Positions 26,873 to 40,189 of a stretch of DNA of 48,667 bases are shown here, piece by piece. The notes under the pieces are model-generated. The model was not told the DNA's origin. It saw only the letters and a list, made by a program, of their open reading frames with translations, and made no database searches. Position 1 is the stretch's first letter. Every line of letters starts with the position of its first letter. The stretch is from Octopus sinensis. Lineage: Eukaryota. The stretch is taken from assembly GCF_006345805.1 (NCBI RefSeq), contig NW_021834468.1, forward strand, positions 1 to 48,667. Reading direction: 5' to 3'. The translations under genes were made by a program, and so were the position numbers.

Positions 26873-29305
26873 ATGGCGGATCTGGCGCTGGTGGAGATGT
26901 TTGTGATTGAAGTTATGATGGTTGCAGTGGATCTGGTGTTGGTGGATGTGGTGGTGGAGAGGTTTGTGATTGATCATATGATGGTTGCGGTGGATCTGGT
27001 GTTGGCGGATCTGGTGCTGGTGGAGATGTTTGTGATTGAAGTTATGATGGTTGCAGTGGATCTGGTGTTGGTGGATGTGGTGGTGGAGAGGTTTGTGATT
27101 GATCTTATGATGGTTGCGGTGGATCTGGTGTTGGTGGATGTGGTGGTGGAGAGGTTTCTGATTGAAGTTATGATAATTGTGATGGATCTGATGCTGGAAG
27201 TGTTGGTGGAGAGGTTTGTGATTGATCTTATGATGGTTGCGATGGATCTGGTGTTGGTGGATGTGGTGGTGGAGAGGTTTCTGATTGAAGTTATGATAGT
27301 TGTGGTGGATCTGATGATGGAAGTGTTGGTGGAGAGGTTTGTGATTGATCTTATGATGGTTGCAGTGGATCTGGTGTTGGTGGATGTGGTGGTGGAGAGT
27401 TTTCTGATTGAAGTTATGATAGTTGTGGTGGATCTGATGTGGCGGATGTGGGTGGAGAGGTTTGTGATTGATCTTTGATAGTTGCAGTGGATCTGGTGGT
27501 GTGGAGAGTTTCTGATTGAAGTTATGATAGTTGTGGTGGATCTGATGTTGGCGGATGTGGTGGTGGAGAGGTTTGTGATTGATCTTATGATGGTTGCAGT
27601 GGATCTGGTGTTGGTGGATGTGGTGGTGGAGAGGTTTCTGATTGAAGTTATGATAGTTGTGGTGGATCTGATGTTGGCGGATGTGGTGGTGGAGAGGTTT
27701 GTGATTGATCTTATGATGGTTGTGGTGGATCTGGTGTTGGTGGATGTGGTGGTGGAGAGGTTTCTGATTGAAGTTATGATAGTTGTGGTGGATCTGATGT
27801 TGGCGGATGTGGTGGTGGAGAGGTTTGTGATTGATCTTATGATGGTTGCAGTGGATCTGGTGGTGGTGGAGAGGTTTCTGATTGAAGTTATGATAGTTGT
27901 GCTGGATCTGATGTTGGCGGATGTGGTGGTGGAGAGGTTTGTGATTGATCTTATGATGGTTGCGGTGGATCTGTTGGTGGTGGAGAGGTTTCTGATTGAA
28001 GTTATGATAGTTGTAGTGGATCTGATGTTGGTGGATGTGGTGGTGGAGAGGTTTGTGATTGATCTTATGATGGTTACAGTGGATCTGGTGTTGGTGGATC
28101 TGGCGATGGTGGAGATGTTTGTGATTGAAGTTATGATGGTTGCAGTGGATCTGGTGTTGGTGGATGTGGTGGTGGAGAGGTTTCTGATTGAAGTTATGAT
28201 AGTTGTGGTGGATCTGATGTTGGTGGATGTGGTGGTGGAGAGGTTTGTGATTGATCTTATGATGGTTGTGGTGGATCTGGTGTTGGTGGATGTGGTGGTG
28301 GAGAGGTTTCTGATTGAAGTTATGATAGTTGTGGTGGATCTGATGTTGGCGGATGTGGTGGTGGAGAGGTTTGTGATTGATCTTATGATGGTTGCAGTGG
28401 ATCTGGTGGTGGTGGTGGAGAGGTTTCTGATTGAAGTTATGATAGTTGTGGTGGATCTGATGTTGGCGGATGTGGCGGTGGAGAGGTTTGTGATTGATCT
28501 TATGATGGTTGCAGTGGATCTGGTGGTGGTGGAGAGGTTTCTGATTGAAGTTATGATAGTTGTGGTGGATCTGATGTTGGTGGATGTGGTGGTGGAGAGG
28601 TTTGTGATTGATCTTATGATGGTTGCAGTGGATCTGGTGTTGGTGGATGTGGTGGTGGAGAGGTTTCTGATTGAAGTTATGATAGTTGTGGTGGATCTGA
28701 TGTTGGTGGATGTGGTGATGGAGAGGTTTGTGATTGATCTTATGATGGTTGCAGTGGACCTGGTGTTGGTGGATGTGGTGGTGGAGAGGTTTCTGATTGA
28801 AGTTATGATAGTTGTGGTGGATCTGATGTTGGTGGATGTGGTGGTGGCGAGGTTTGTGATTGATCTTATGATGGTTGCGGTGGATCTGGTGGTGGTGGAG
28901 AGGTTTCTGATTGAAGTTATGATAGTTGTGGTGGATCTGATGTTGGTGGATGTGGTGGTGGCGAGGTTTGTGATTGATCTTATGATGGTTGCAGTGGATC
29001 TGGTGTTGGTGGATCTGGCGATGGTGGAGATGTTTGTGATTGAAGTTATGATGGTTGCAGTGGATCTGGTGTTGGTGGATGTGGTGGTGGAGAGGTTTCT
29101 GATTGAAGTTATGATAGTTGTGGTGGATCTGATGTTGGTGGATGTGGTGGTGGAGAGGTTTGTGATTGATCTTATGATGGTTGTGGTGGATCTGGTGTTG
29201 GTGGATGTGGTGGTGGAGAGGTTTCTTATTGAAGTTATGATAGTTGTGGTGGATCTGATGATGGAAGTGTTGGTGGAGAGGTTTGTGATTGATCTTATGA
29301 TGGTT
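26873..29305. repeat. 63-bp minisatellite with alternating A/B units (126-bp dimer) and 48/66-bp variants
   Basis: Units GTGGATCTGGTGTTGGTGGATGTGGTGGTGGAGAGGTTTCTGATTGAAGTTATGATAGTTGTG and GTGGATCTGATGTTGGYGGATGTGGTGGTGGAGAGGTTTGTGATTGATCTTATGATGGTTGCA. Confidence 0.95.
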
Positions 29306-29456
29306 GATGGTGGTAGTAGCGATGGTTGTGTATGGTGTATGTTGTACGTTGTTGATAATGATGATGGTAGTGGCGGGATGGTGGTGGTGATGATAATGAT
29401 AATAACGATAATTGTAGTGGGGGAGTGGAAGTGGTAGTGGCGATGATGAAGATGAC

Positions 29457-29490
<34 letters not shown>

Positions 29491-29504
29491 CTAATGATGA
29501 TGAT

Positions 29505-30107
29505 GAGGAAATTGGCACAACGCGAATACAAAAGACGCTATGGCAATGTGACATGAATGATCCATTGGGAGCTCTGTGGAAATATCGGCCTACAAAGAAC
29601 AAAGATGTTGTGAGGAAACTGCTGAAGGACTCACGGAAAATGAGAATTGCAAAATCCTGAGGGACGCAATGATCCAGTGCAATCACCTGACCATACATAG
29701 GAAACCGGATATTGTTGTGGAGAATAACACAGAAGGTACATGTATGATAATCGACAAAGTATGCCCCGGTGATAACAGGATCGGTGTGAAAGAAGTCGAA
29801 GAAAAATAAACAACTATGACGATTTGAAGTAGGAAATATGAAGGTTGTGGTCAATGAAGAGAGTAGACATGATACCAATAGGAATTGGTGCACTTGGAAG
29901 TATCAGCACTCAACTCCCAGCATGGCTGAAAAAGATTGGTGCCAGTGTGAAGGTAGAACATCTAAAAAATCAGCATTGCTTGGAACTGCCAACATTCTTT
30001 GCAGGGTTCTTGAAACATAACCAGTAAACAAGTGTCACCTTAGTCTGCTGGCTGTGGACAGCTGACACTTCCCATCATACCCAGCAAAATAAGCTATGAG
30101 TTTTCAT

Positions 30108-30139
<32 letters not shown>

Positions 30140-30155
30140 AATAATAATAATAATA
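29505..30155 (+). mobile_element. R4/Dong-like non-LTR retrotransposon 3' end with decayed restriction-like endonuclease
   Basis: ENENCKILRDAMIQCNH..HRKPDIVV...CMIIDKVCPGD...KEVEEK...IPIGIGALG...KSALLGTANIL; short 3' UTR and a (CAA)n(TAA)n tail. Confidence 0.85.
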
Positions 30156-30750
30156 AATTACAGATTCGGGAAGCATTACGCAATGTATTTCCTGCCTTTT
30201 ATACAATGAGTTCAAATCCTACGAAGGTCGACTATTCTTCAACTTTTCCAGATCAAATATAGTAACAGTCAAATACAGTGTACTCGTTAAAGATAATAAT
30301 CGTCAATAATAATACTCGTCAAAATAAAGTGTACCCACTCAAGTAGGGTTTGCTCATCGATAAAATGAATTACCATTGAAAATTGAAGATTCTTCCACAA
30401 AAGTTGTGTTATTGTGCTGATATCCGAATTCATAAGATAAACACTAGCACGCCAGTGAAGTAACGGAGAGGAGAGAATTCCAGACGAAAGGCCTTAAAGT
30501 TTAATTCAGATCGCCTGGGTTCTGCTTCAAAATATTCTCTCCAATCACGTCTTCGTCCTTCAACAATTAGACAGCTATGCTCGCATAAAATTTAAGAAAA
30601 ATTCCGTGCAGCACGGAATTTTGTCAGTGAATAGGTCGCGGTCTCAAAGCGACGAAAATATTTTGACAAATTAAATTTAAATGTTGAAGTGAATCTAACG
30701 GATTTTGTGTGTTTTCTTAAATGGCTTATAAACACCTTCCACGCTGCAAT

Positions 30751-30802
<52 letters not shown>

Positions 30803-31701
30803 GAAGGTTTGAAAATGCTATTTTAAAGATGTTTATTCACTTGCCCGGAAAACTGCATAAACCATACCCACATATACACACACACAGACGCAAATTCAAT
30901 ACCAACATGCACAGAAAGTACACGCATACACATACACACCACCCGGATAAACCCAACATACACGGACACACAACACCCTGAGAAATATTAATCACACACA
31001 TACACACACACAAACGTGCACACACGTATACACACCATCCTACCAAAATATAAAACACAAGCACATGTATATATATATACACACACATAGAGACGTGCAC
31101 AGAGACACACACACACACACACCATTCTGATCTCTGAACCAGTCTCAAAAACCACTGAACCATGATTCCTATTGCTCTTCCTTACTCACCAACCAGCCAA
31201 CCAACCTCCCACACTGTCCCTTAAGATAGCAAACATTCCTTAGCTACACACAAGACAAAATGTCAGAAAGACAGTCAGTTATTCCTCTGCAATTTTTTGT
31301 AAAATCTTAAACATATCTCCTTCTGTGTGTGTGTGTATATATATATATATAATATATGCACACTACTAAACAAACATGATTTTTATTGAACTCATAATAC
31401 TTTTTGGCGTCCTGTTCTGATTACTTTCTGAAATACTTTCTTGTAAACTGTTTTTAACATTTTCTAATTATCATCAAAGAATGTATATCTGTATTTTAAT
31501 ACAATTGTGATAACCAGTACTTAATACCCAAAAGCTCATGCAAAGCTTTACATTTTAATTTTGACAATCCTTTTCTAAAAAAATGAAACCGGTCAAGTGA
31601 ATATATATCTTTAAAATTGCATTTTTCAAACCTTCTCTCATATATATTTCCACTTGTGCGGTACCTTACAACTTTACTTTGTTACGCATATATATATATA
31701 T

Positions 31702-32006
31702 ATCACGTGATCACGTGACCGACCAGTCCGTCAGATGTAGTTACACATCGCTGGTCACAATGCGTTCGCGTTGTTTTAGCCTTCGAATGACGCCACCCCG
31801 CTGGCTAACCGAGCAGGCCAACAGAAGAAAGAGCGGGAGAAATTGTGGTGAAAGAGTACAGCAGGGATCACCACCCCCTGCCGGTGCTTCGTGGAGCTTT
31901 TAGGTGTTTTCGCTCAATAAACACTCACAACTCCCTGTCTGGCATCGAAACCGCGATCCTACGATCGCGAGTCCGCTGCCCTAACCACTGGGCCATTGCG
32001 CCTCCA

Positions 32007-32008
<2 letters not shown>
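31702..32008 (-). mobile_element. tRNA-derived SINE (family D), near full length
   Basis: Head GGCGCAATGGCCCAGTGGTTAGGGCAGCGGACTCGCGATCGTAGGATCGCGGTTTCGATGCC; ends TCACGTGATCACGTGA in (TA)n; CpG-rich, so likely young. Confidence 0.8.
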
Positions 32009-32044
<36 letters not shown>

Positions 32045-32051
32045 TATATAA

Positions 32052-32087
<36 letters not shown>

Positions 32088-32419
32088 ATATACATAGATA
32101 TACATATATATACATATACATTTATATGTGAGTGTGTGATTGTGTATGCACGCGTGTGTGTGTATAAATGACTGCGTGTGTGTGTGAGTGTATGCACATA
32201 CACACACACATACACACACATATGTATCTGTTTTAATCGTGAAGACCAGTTTATGGGGTTCAGGAAAAATATATACTTCTTAGAGTGACTTCTCCGGATT
32301 TATCTCTTTCTAAAAGCATGTATATGTATACACCCACACACACGCGCGCGCATACATATATGTGTGTGTGTCTGTGTGTGTATACATACGTGCGCGTGTG
32401 CATGTGTGTATTTCTATAT

Positions 32420-32622
32420 TGTGTGTTTGTGTCTGCGTTTGTCCACTTCTCTGTATCACATTTTATGTTTTTTTTATATCCCCCGTAAGTTAGCGCTTCA
32501 GCAAATAGAGAACGATAGAAAAAGTACCGGACTTTAAAAAAAAGCACAGGGATCGATTCGTTCGACTACACCATTCAACGCAGTGCTTCTGCATGGCCGC
32601 AGTCCAATGACTGAAACAAGGA
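32420..32622 (+). mobile_element. Family C SINE, 3' domain, diverged
   Basis: CCCCGTAAGTTAGCG...GCATGGCCGCAGTCCAATGACTGAAACAA. Confidence 0.7.
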
Positions 32623-32699
32623 AACGACATCAGGTAAAGATTGATTGAATTTATTTTATCTCAGTAACCTTACTTAGTAACTGTTTCTAGCAAGAAGAA

Positions 32700-32735
<36 letters not shown>

Positions 32736-33339
32736 GATAAAATATATAATATATAATATATAATTGTATTCCCTAATACTGAATTAAAGTTTTGTATTTT
32801 GATGAACAACAAACTACTTCACAATGAAAAAGAACAATATTTTGAATTTAATAGAAAGGACAAGAAAGGGAAAATTTCATTAAAATAATTAATATGTGAG
32901 TGTTTAAAGCGAACCAGCTTACAATTCATAGAAGAAGCAAAAAGTTATTGTTGCTAAATAGAAAACAAATATTCTTTACTATATTCTATGAAGATAGTAA
33001 ATCCGGAACTATAGAACGTAGCTCTGCATCTAATAACAACGATTAATGTAGACTGAAGGTGATTAAGTGCTTTTATAATATTTATTTGAAAACTGAAGTC
33101 CTTTGTGACTACCGCTGTGTATTGGTTTAAAAACAAATTAATAATTAATTTACCTTGTAGCAAATATGTATATGTACGTGTGCGTGTCTGTGTATATTTG
33201 TATATAACACATGGATAATACGTATATATATATGTATATGTATGTATGTATATATATATATATATACATATATACATACATAGATTATATACACATATAC
33301 AGACATATACTTGTGTGTGTATGAGTGTGTATACATATA

Positions 33340-33421
<82 letters not shown>

Positions 33422-33757
33422 ATAGTTTTTGTATTGAAGCTGAAAAACATCACAGATTGTTTTCAGCTTACAAAGAACACTACACCTTCCTCTATCTCTG
33501 TAGTAAATTTCCTCAACTTGTTTGCACCTGACATGCACACACGCATATATGTGTACGTGTGTGTGTTTGTGTGTGTGTGCGTGTGTGTGCTTATATATAT
33601 ATGTTTACATACAGATGATTGCTTGGACCTTGAGTATATGGTTAGTAGTATGCCGGTGAAAGCACTTCCAACCTTTAGGCTACCTGATGTTATCCATAGT
33701 TACGATATAAGTGTCACTAGATATATATCAGAAATTTCTCAGTATTCGTTGAGTTTA

Positions 33758-34125
33758 TAATAAATGAAGGACACGGAAAATTGAATTAGCAAGAATCCTT
33801 ATTCAACACAATGATCGTTTCCTCCCGTCCTGCACCTGTTTCTTGCAGGTGGGATATTGTACTTTTACCTGTGTTACTCACAACATTCCAGCGTTTACAA
33901 CATGCCAAGCGAAATCGAGTATATATTGAGAAGTATCTTATCTAAAACGAGACACCCAATGAGATGCAGCCTGCGCTGGTGGATGCAGCATAACTAGCTG
34001 TACAACATCCAACCTGCAAGGGTGAGTCTAAATGCAGGATGAGTCTAAATGCAGGATGAGTCTAAATGATTGTTGTGTTGAATAAAGGTTCTTTCTAACT
34101 CTATTTGCCGTGTTCTTCATTTATC
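33758..34125. mobile_element. Foldback/MITE-like element with diverged inverted arms and an internal 17-bp tandem triplication
   Basis: TAAATGAAGGACACGG...TTATTCAACACAATGATC versus GATTGTTGTGTTGAATAA...CCGTGTTCTTCATTTA; TGAGTCTAAATGCAGGA repeated at 34023, 34040 and 34057 (last partial). Confidence 0.7.
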
Positions 34126-34159
<34 letters not shown>

Positions 34160-34167
34160 GTATGTAT

Positions 34168-34805
34168 GAAAGACAAAAGGGAGGGAAAAAACTACAGAAG
34201 GCTTGTGTTATATGGTCAAAGAATATCTTTAAATCGTTATGTTAAAAAAATGTTATAAAATTTTGCGTATAGTAACATAGTTTTTGGAGAAATTGCCAGT
34301 TTCGTATTTTCTTTTCAAATTTCTTAAATTTCTTTACCTATATCGTGTCATGTCTTCACTATGTTGTGAAATATGGAGTTCCAGGCAGGGGAAGGTAATC
34401 AGGGATTTTTTTCCGAATAAGGGAGATAATCAAACATGTTCGGAATGACTAGGCTTAATTAATTCAATATGATTTGGTTTAGAAGGAATGTTACAAGTGT
34501 TTAGGTTTTGCTTTATATTTTTTTCAATGAGATGAGTTTTGCTTATTTAAAAATGTTAGAAATGGTTGTTTTGGCTTATATTTTTCAATCAAGAAGGTTT
34601 GTGTTGGTGTTCCAATGGCACAAAGCAACTGCTACCACAATTTATAATATTTCCATTCTATCAATGTGCCATAATATTTTTCTAACATAACGAAATATAA
34701 CATAAATATATTCCTTAACCATATAACACAAGCCTTCTGTAGTTTTTTCACTCTCTTTTGTCTTTTATACATCCAACCACGTGCTTTCACATACCAACTC
34801 TCTCA

Positions 34806-34808
<3 letters not shown>
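34168..34808. mobile_element. Head-to-head inverted insertion of family 3
   Basis: 34168-34250 is the reverse complement of ~34680-34770; both arms are homologous to 18732-18968; microsatellite flanks. Confidence 0.65.
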
Positions 34809-34848
<40 letters not shown>

Positions 34849-34850
<2 letters not shown>

Positions 34851-35067
34851 CGAGCTGACATAATCGTTAGCAGGCTCGACGAAGTGTTTAGCGGTATTTC
34901 GTCTGTCGCTCCGTTCTGAGTTGAAATTCCGCCGAGGTCATCTTCGCCTTTCATCCTTTCGGGGTCGATAAATTAAGTAACAGTAAAACACTGAGGTCGA
35001 TTTAATATTAATAGATTTGTCCCCTCCCCAACAATTTCTAATCTTGTATCTATAATAGAAAGGATTA
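34849..35067 (+). mobile_element. Family B SINE
   Basis: GGCGAGCTGAC...GCCTTTCATCCTTTCGGGGTCGATAAATTAAGTA. Confidence 0.85.
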
Positions 35068-35076
35068 TATGTATAT

Positions 35077-35154
<78 letters not shown>

Positions 35155-35156
<2 letters not shown>

Positions 35157-35638
35157 AACTGTAAGGATAAACAAGTGAGGCAGGTCAATATAAAAAGTAT
35201 TTTAATTTAGGAAATCCCAAACTGTAAAAGATCCGACTCCCACAGACTAGAAATAATAACAAGAATTAAAGGGGCTGAAGAAAAGTATTACAAATCCAAC
35301 AGCTGGTTCTGGGAGTTCAGTGGGCCAAAATAATGTTCGTAGATTGGTTCCATCATAGGATGAGACGAGCCTCTCTCTTCAGAGAAGAGATCATGAAGTG
35401 TGGACAGAGAGAAGATCAAGAAGATGAAAAAAATATTTGATCTTTCTGTCAACGCCTCATATGTAAGATCTCTTCCCTGAAGAAGGAAGCTCGTCTCATC
35501 CTATGATAGAATCAATCAATAAATGTTACTTTGCACCATCGAGACCCCAGAAACAGCTGTGGAATAGTAACATTTTTCTTCACCCCGTTCATTCTTGTTA
35601 CCACTTCTATTCTGTGTAATCAGACCTTTTTGTATGTG

Positions 35639-35679
<41 letters not shown>

Positions 35680-35730
35680 TATTTCATATATTTAATATAC
35701 TTTGCATATTGACCTGCCTAATCTTACAGT
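35155..35730. mobile_element. Old head-to-head inverted element with decayed hammerhead cores (family 4)
   Basis: ATCATAGGATGAGACGAGC versus GCTCGTCTCATCCTATGAT and further matches; right arm ttcc-CTGAAGA(35477-35483)...GAAACAGCTGT(35550-35560)-ggaa. Confidence 0.6.
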
Positions 35731-36399
35731 TAGTTCTCTACCCGCTCGAGTTTAAATCTCATGAGCACTACTAAGTGTATTCTATACGGAGAATATGGGA
35801 TTCTTATCTATGAAATACACACACACACACACACACACACCACACACATATATATATATATATATATACATACACACACACACATGCACACATATATATA
35901 TATATATATATATAGGATCCCGTTCGGTCTCGAATAACCATATGTTTGAATCTAGAAAGCTCAACTCATAGCAAATTTGTTTATGGAACATCAGCAGCGT
36001 CTACACATATTAGTCGCCTTTCTCCAAATACATACATACCTGCATATATATATATATATATATATGCACGCAGACACCCATATATAGGAAAGTCTATCTA
36101 TCTAAATATCTGTTTATCTATCTACATGTATTCATGTATGAGTGAGTGCGTGCGTATGTGTTTGGGTATGTGAGTGTGTGTGTGTAAGGGTGTATGTGTG
36201 GTTGTATTGCGTGTGTGTGTATGTGTGTGTAAAGTCATATGTGTGTAAGCATTTCTATATTCCTGTATATGTAAATGCCTGAGTTCTTTTATGTATTTGT
36301 GCAAAAATATTTCCAATTTTTGTCCTAAATCCTTTATGGCACAACGGCAAGAACGATCCTTCACATGCAGTCAGTTCATATAGGGGAGCCAGGAATTCT

Positions 36400-36418
36400 C
36401 ATAGACAGACAGACAGAC

Positions 36419-36482
<64 letters not shown>

Positions 36483-37061
36483 GTACAGGTAGATGGAGAG
36501 TTAATAGAATAGATGCTTCTGACAGTCGTTACAACACATTTTCTGTGAAACCAATTTCACTCATAATGCAGGTCCGACATAAAACAGTAGTAAAAGATTC
36601 TTGCCCAGGAGACTAGCAATAGCTGCAAACACAAAACATCAAGATTACCTATCAATCTTCTTAACCAAACAAAGATGGCGGAGAAAATATACACAGGGAT
36701 ACATACATACATATATACATACATACATACATAATACATATATACATACATATATACATATATACATCCATATATATATATGCATATTGATATGCGTGTG
36801 TATATAGATATATGTATATATATATATATATATATATAGTTATATACACACACACACACAAATATATGTGTATATATGTATATTTGTGTATATACACACT
36901 TTGACACGAGCACACAAACTCTTACACACACAAAGACTATATCCATTCTATGTCTGTCTGTCTGCTTGTCTCTCTGTCTGCATCCCTCCTTCATTCTCTG
37001 CCTGTCTGTCTGTCTATCTATCTATCTACCTATCTATCATCTATCTATCTATCTATCTATC

Positions 37062-37095
<34 letters not shown>

Positions 37096-37108
37096 ATCTA
37101 TCTATCTA

Positions 37109-37139
<31 letters not shown>

Positions 37140-37180
37140 TTTATCTATCTGTCTATCTATCTATCTATCTATGAATCTAA

Positions 37181-37218
<38 letters not shown>

Positions 37219-37347
37219 CTATCTATATGCTAAACATATGTATGCATATACGTACATATATGTGTGTGTATGTGCGTGTACGTGTTCGCGTGAGTGTGTG
37301 TTTGTCTGCGTGTGCGTGTTTGTGTGTCCATAAACGCGCACATGTAA

Positions 37348-37416
<69 letters not shown>

Positions 37417-37589
37417 GACACGCTATATATGTAAATACAATTACAATCGTATTAGAGATGTACTATAATACTCAGAAGGCTATAATACAGGTATGTGCTG
37501 CTGCATACACACGCGGACTAGTGTACATATATATAGTAACATATGTGCGAGTATGTGATACATATACATACACACATGTAAAGTACGTA

Positions 37590-37644
<55 letters not shown>

Positions 37645-38166
37645 TCTGTGTGTATTTGTGCATGTGCATACACACGCATACACACACATACAAACACATA
37701 TATACATACATATATATATATATATATTAAGGTATGAAGTAGAGACCTTATTATGGTATGACAGCATGACTATAAGTGAGTAGCCGGATGATTATACGGT
37801 AACAACGAAGCCTTATTAAGCACTAATTAGTTACTCAGATCTTTTGCCAAGAATATCTCTGTGATCTGTAATTTGTTTTTTAATTATAAGGGTGTTATTT
37901 ATCCCTATGTGTTTACAGGATAAATATGTGTGTATGTGTGTGTGTGAAGGTGGGTCTAGTCTTATATACATGTGTATGTGTGAAAATACATAGACATTTA
38001 TGTATGTATATATTGTATGTACGTAAGTTTAAATATGTATGAGAGTTCGGTGTGTATATGTTCGTGTGTTTGCGTATGTGTATGGGATATGTGTGTAATG
38101 CACTTATTTGTATTTATATTTCTTTTTATTACTCATTTGTGTGTGATATAATTGTGTGTGTGTATG

Positions 38167-38197
<31 letters not shown>

Positions 38198-38212
38198 ATA
38201 TATTATATATAT

Positions 38213-38261
<49 letters not shown>

Positions 38262-38287
38262 GTTGTGTGTGTGTGTATATATATATA

Positions 38288-38338
<51 letters not shown>

Positions 38339-38505
38339 TATAATACATGTATATGTATACACATAACTATGCAATACACACATATATACGCCCATGTACG
38401 TATGTACACACGTATGTATACATGTGTGTAGTGCGAAAATGTCTATGAAACATAACGACACATACGCCACTACCACCACCAATGATAATAATGATAATAA
38501 TAATA

Positions 38506-38548
<43 letters not shown>

Positions 38549-38580
38549 CGACGACGAACGGTGATGGTGATGATGACGAT
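36400..38580. repeat. Compound microsatellite-rich tract: (GATA)n, (TATC)n, (TA)n, (TAA)n
   Basis: Direct reading. Confidence 0.9.
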
Positions 38581-39061
38581 GATGATGATCATAGATATAT
38601 GTTTGTGCATAGACATACTTTCGTACACACACATATGTATATATGTATATATGTTTGTGTGCGTCCATATGTACACACATATAAACACACGTATCTACAC
38701 TCACATACTCTATTTACTTTGATGTTTATACTAAAATGATGTGTGACTGAATGCATACATCAATGTGTGATTTGTTTGCTATAAACAAATGCATTCACAC
38801 TTTCCTTTTATCCATTTTCACGAGTAGACATAGACATCATTCTTTTCACCTGTGGCCTTCCATAGGGAGACATCATTTTTTTTTCTGTTTCCGGTTTCTT
38901 TGTTGTTTTAATAATTGTCTAAGTGTTATAGAGAGACTGACGTGGCCTACCGTCGTTTCTATCCTTTAATTTATCAGTTTAAGCGTCACGGTTTCCTATA
39001 GATCGCCATTGTTATTATATATATATGGAATATATGGTGTTGTGACTAATAAGTAGTTATT

Positions 39062-39265
39062 GATTTCAAATTTTGACACAAGGACAGCAATTTCGGGGCA
39101 GAGGATAAGTCGATCACATCGACCACAGTACTCAACTGGTATTTATTTTATTGACGCCCTAACCGGCAAATTTGGTCCTTGGCGGAGTTTGAAATCAGAA
39201 TGTTAAGACGGACGAAATGCCGCCAAAGATTTTGCCCAGCGGGTTAATTCTCTGAGCTCGCCACC
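39062..39265 (-). mobile_element. Family B SINE, diverged
   Basis: Reverse complement of GGTGGCGAGCTCAGAG...TTCTGATTTCAAACTCCGCC...CCTTGTGTCAAAATTTG. Confidence 0.75.
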
Positions 39266-40012
39266 TTATACAAAAACAGATATTGAAGGTGGGAAAAATG
39301 AAAGAAAATTAAACGAAGAACACGAAGACTTTTGCTAATCTCCAGTTTAAACTTTAATCATTCTGATCTAGGTTGAACAGAGAGCCAACCATGACTATAC
39401 TGTAGAACGGACTCGATTTTCTTTGTGTCCTTTATGTCTGATAAAAATTTTTATGCTATTTCCAACTTGCCCAGGAACCGCCTCGATATGACGTCCGTAT
39501 ATGTGTACACACAACACACACATACACACTCAACACACACACACCATATATATATATATATAAATACGCATGTATATGTATCTTTTTATCTGTCTACGAA
39601 TGATAAAGAACAGGAATTAGGTAAAACACTTTCATTAGCTAAAACTGTTTCTACCACCGGAAACATTGTACTCTAAGCTAAGTGCTCGTGCGACTTCTTA
39701 TCAGCTTCCCCGGAGACATTTAAATATATATTTTTCTTTCTCTCTTTCCCCTCTCTCTTTATACATGCATATGTATACACACATGCACACGCACACACAC
39801 ACACACACAACATACACACACAAAGATAAATACAGACATATGTATATAGAACGCTATTTTGGAATTCGTTTATATATATATTATATATATATAATATATA
39901 TATCTATATTATATATATACTATATATATATATATATAGTATGATATATATATATATAGATAGGATAGACAGACAGAGATATATATATTAGAAGATATAT
40001 ATATATAGATAT

Positions 40013-40051
<39 letters not shown>

Positions 40052-40076
40052 TATGTAGATAGATAGACAGACAGAC

Positions 40077-40165
<89 letters not shown>

Positions 40166-40189
40166 CTATACCGACCAAATAATTAGATG

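Noticed and set aside
26875-29300. Plus-strand Gly/Cys-rich frame with one TGA per unit (GGCGGGEVCD*SYDGC), suggesting a selenoprotein
   Set aside because: No SECIS or gene structure seen; a recurring TGA is expected from GAT/GTG-rich repeats
26873-29437. Plus-strand Val/Asp/Leu/Met-rich ORFs (201 and 651 aa)
   Set aside because: Codon-for-codon antisense of the His frame of a triplet-derived minisatellite; no domain or gene context
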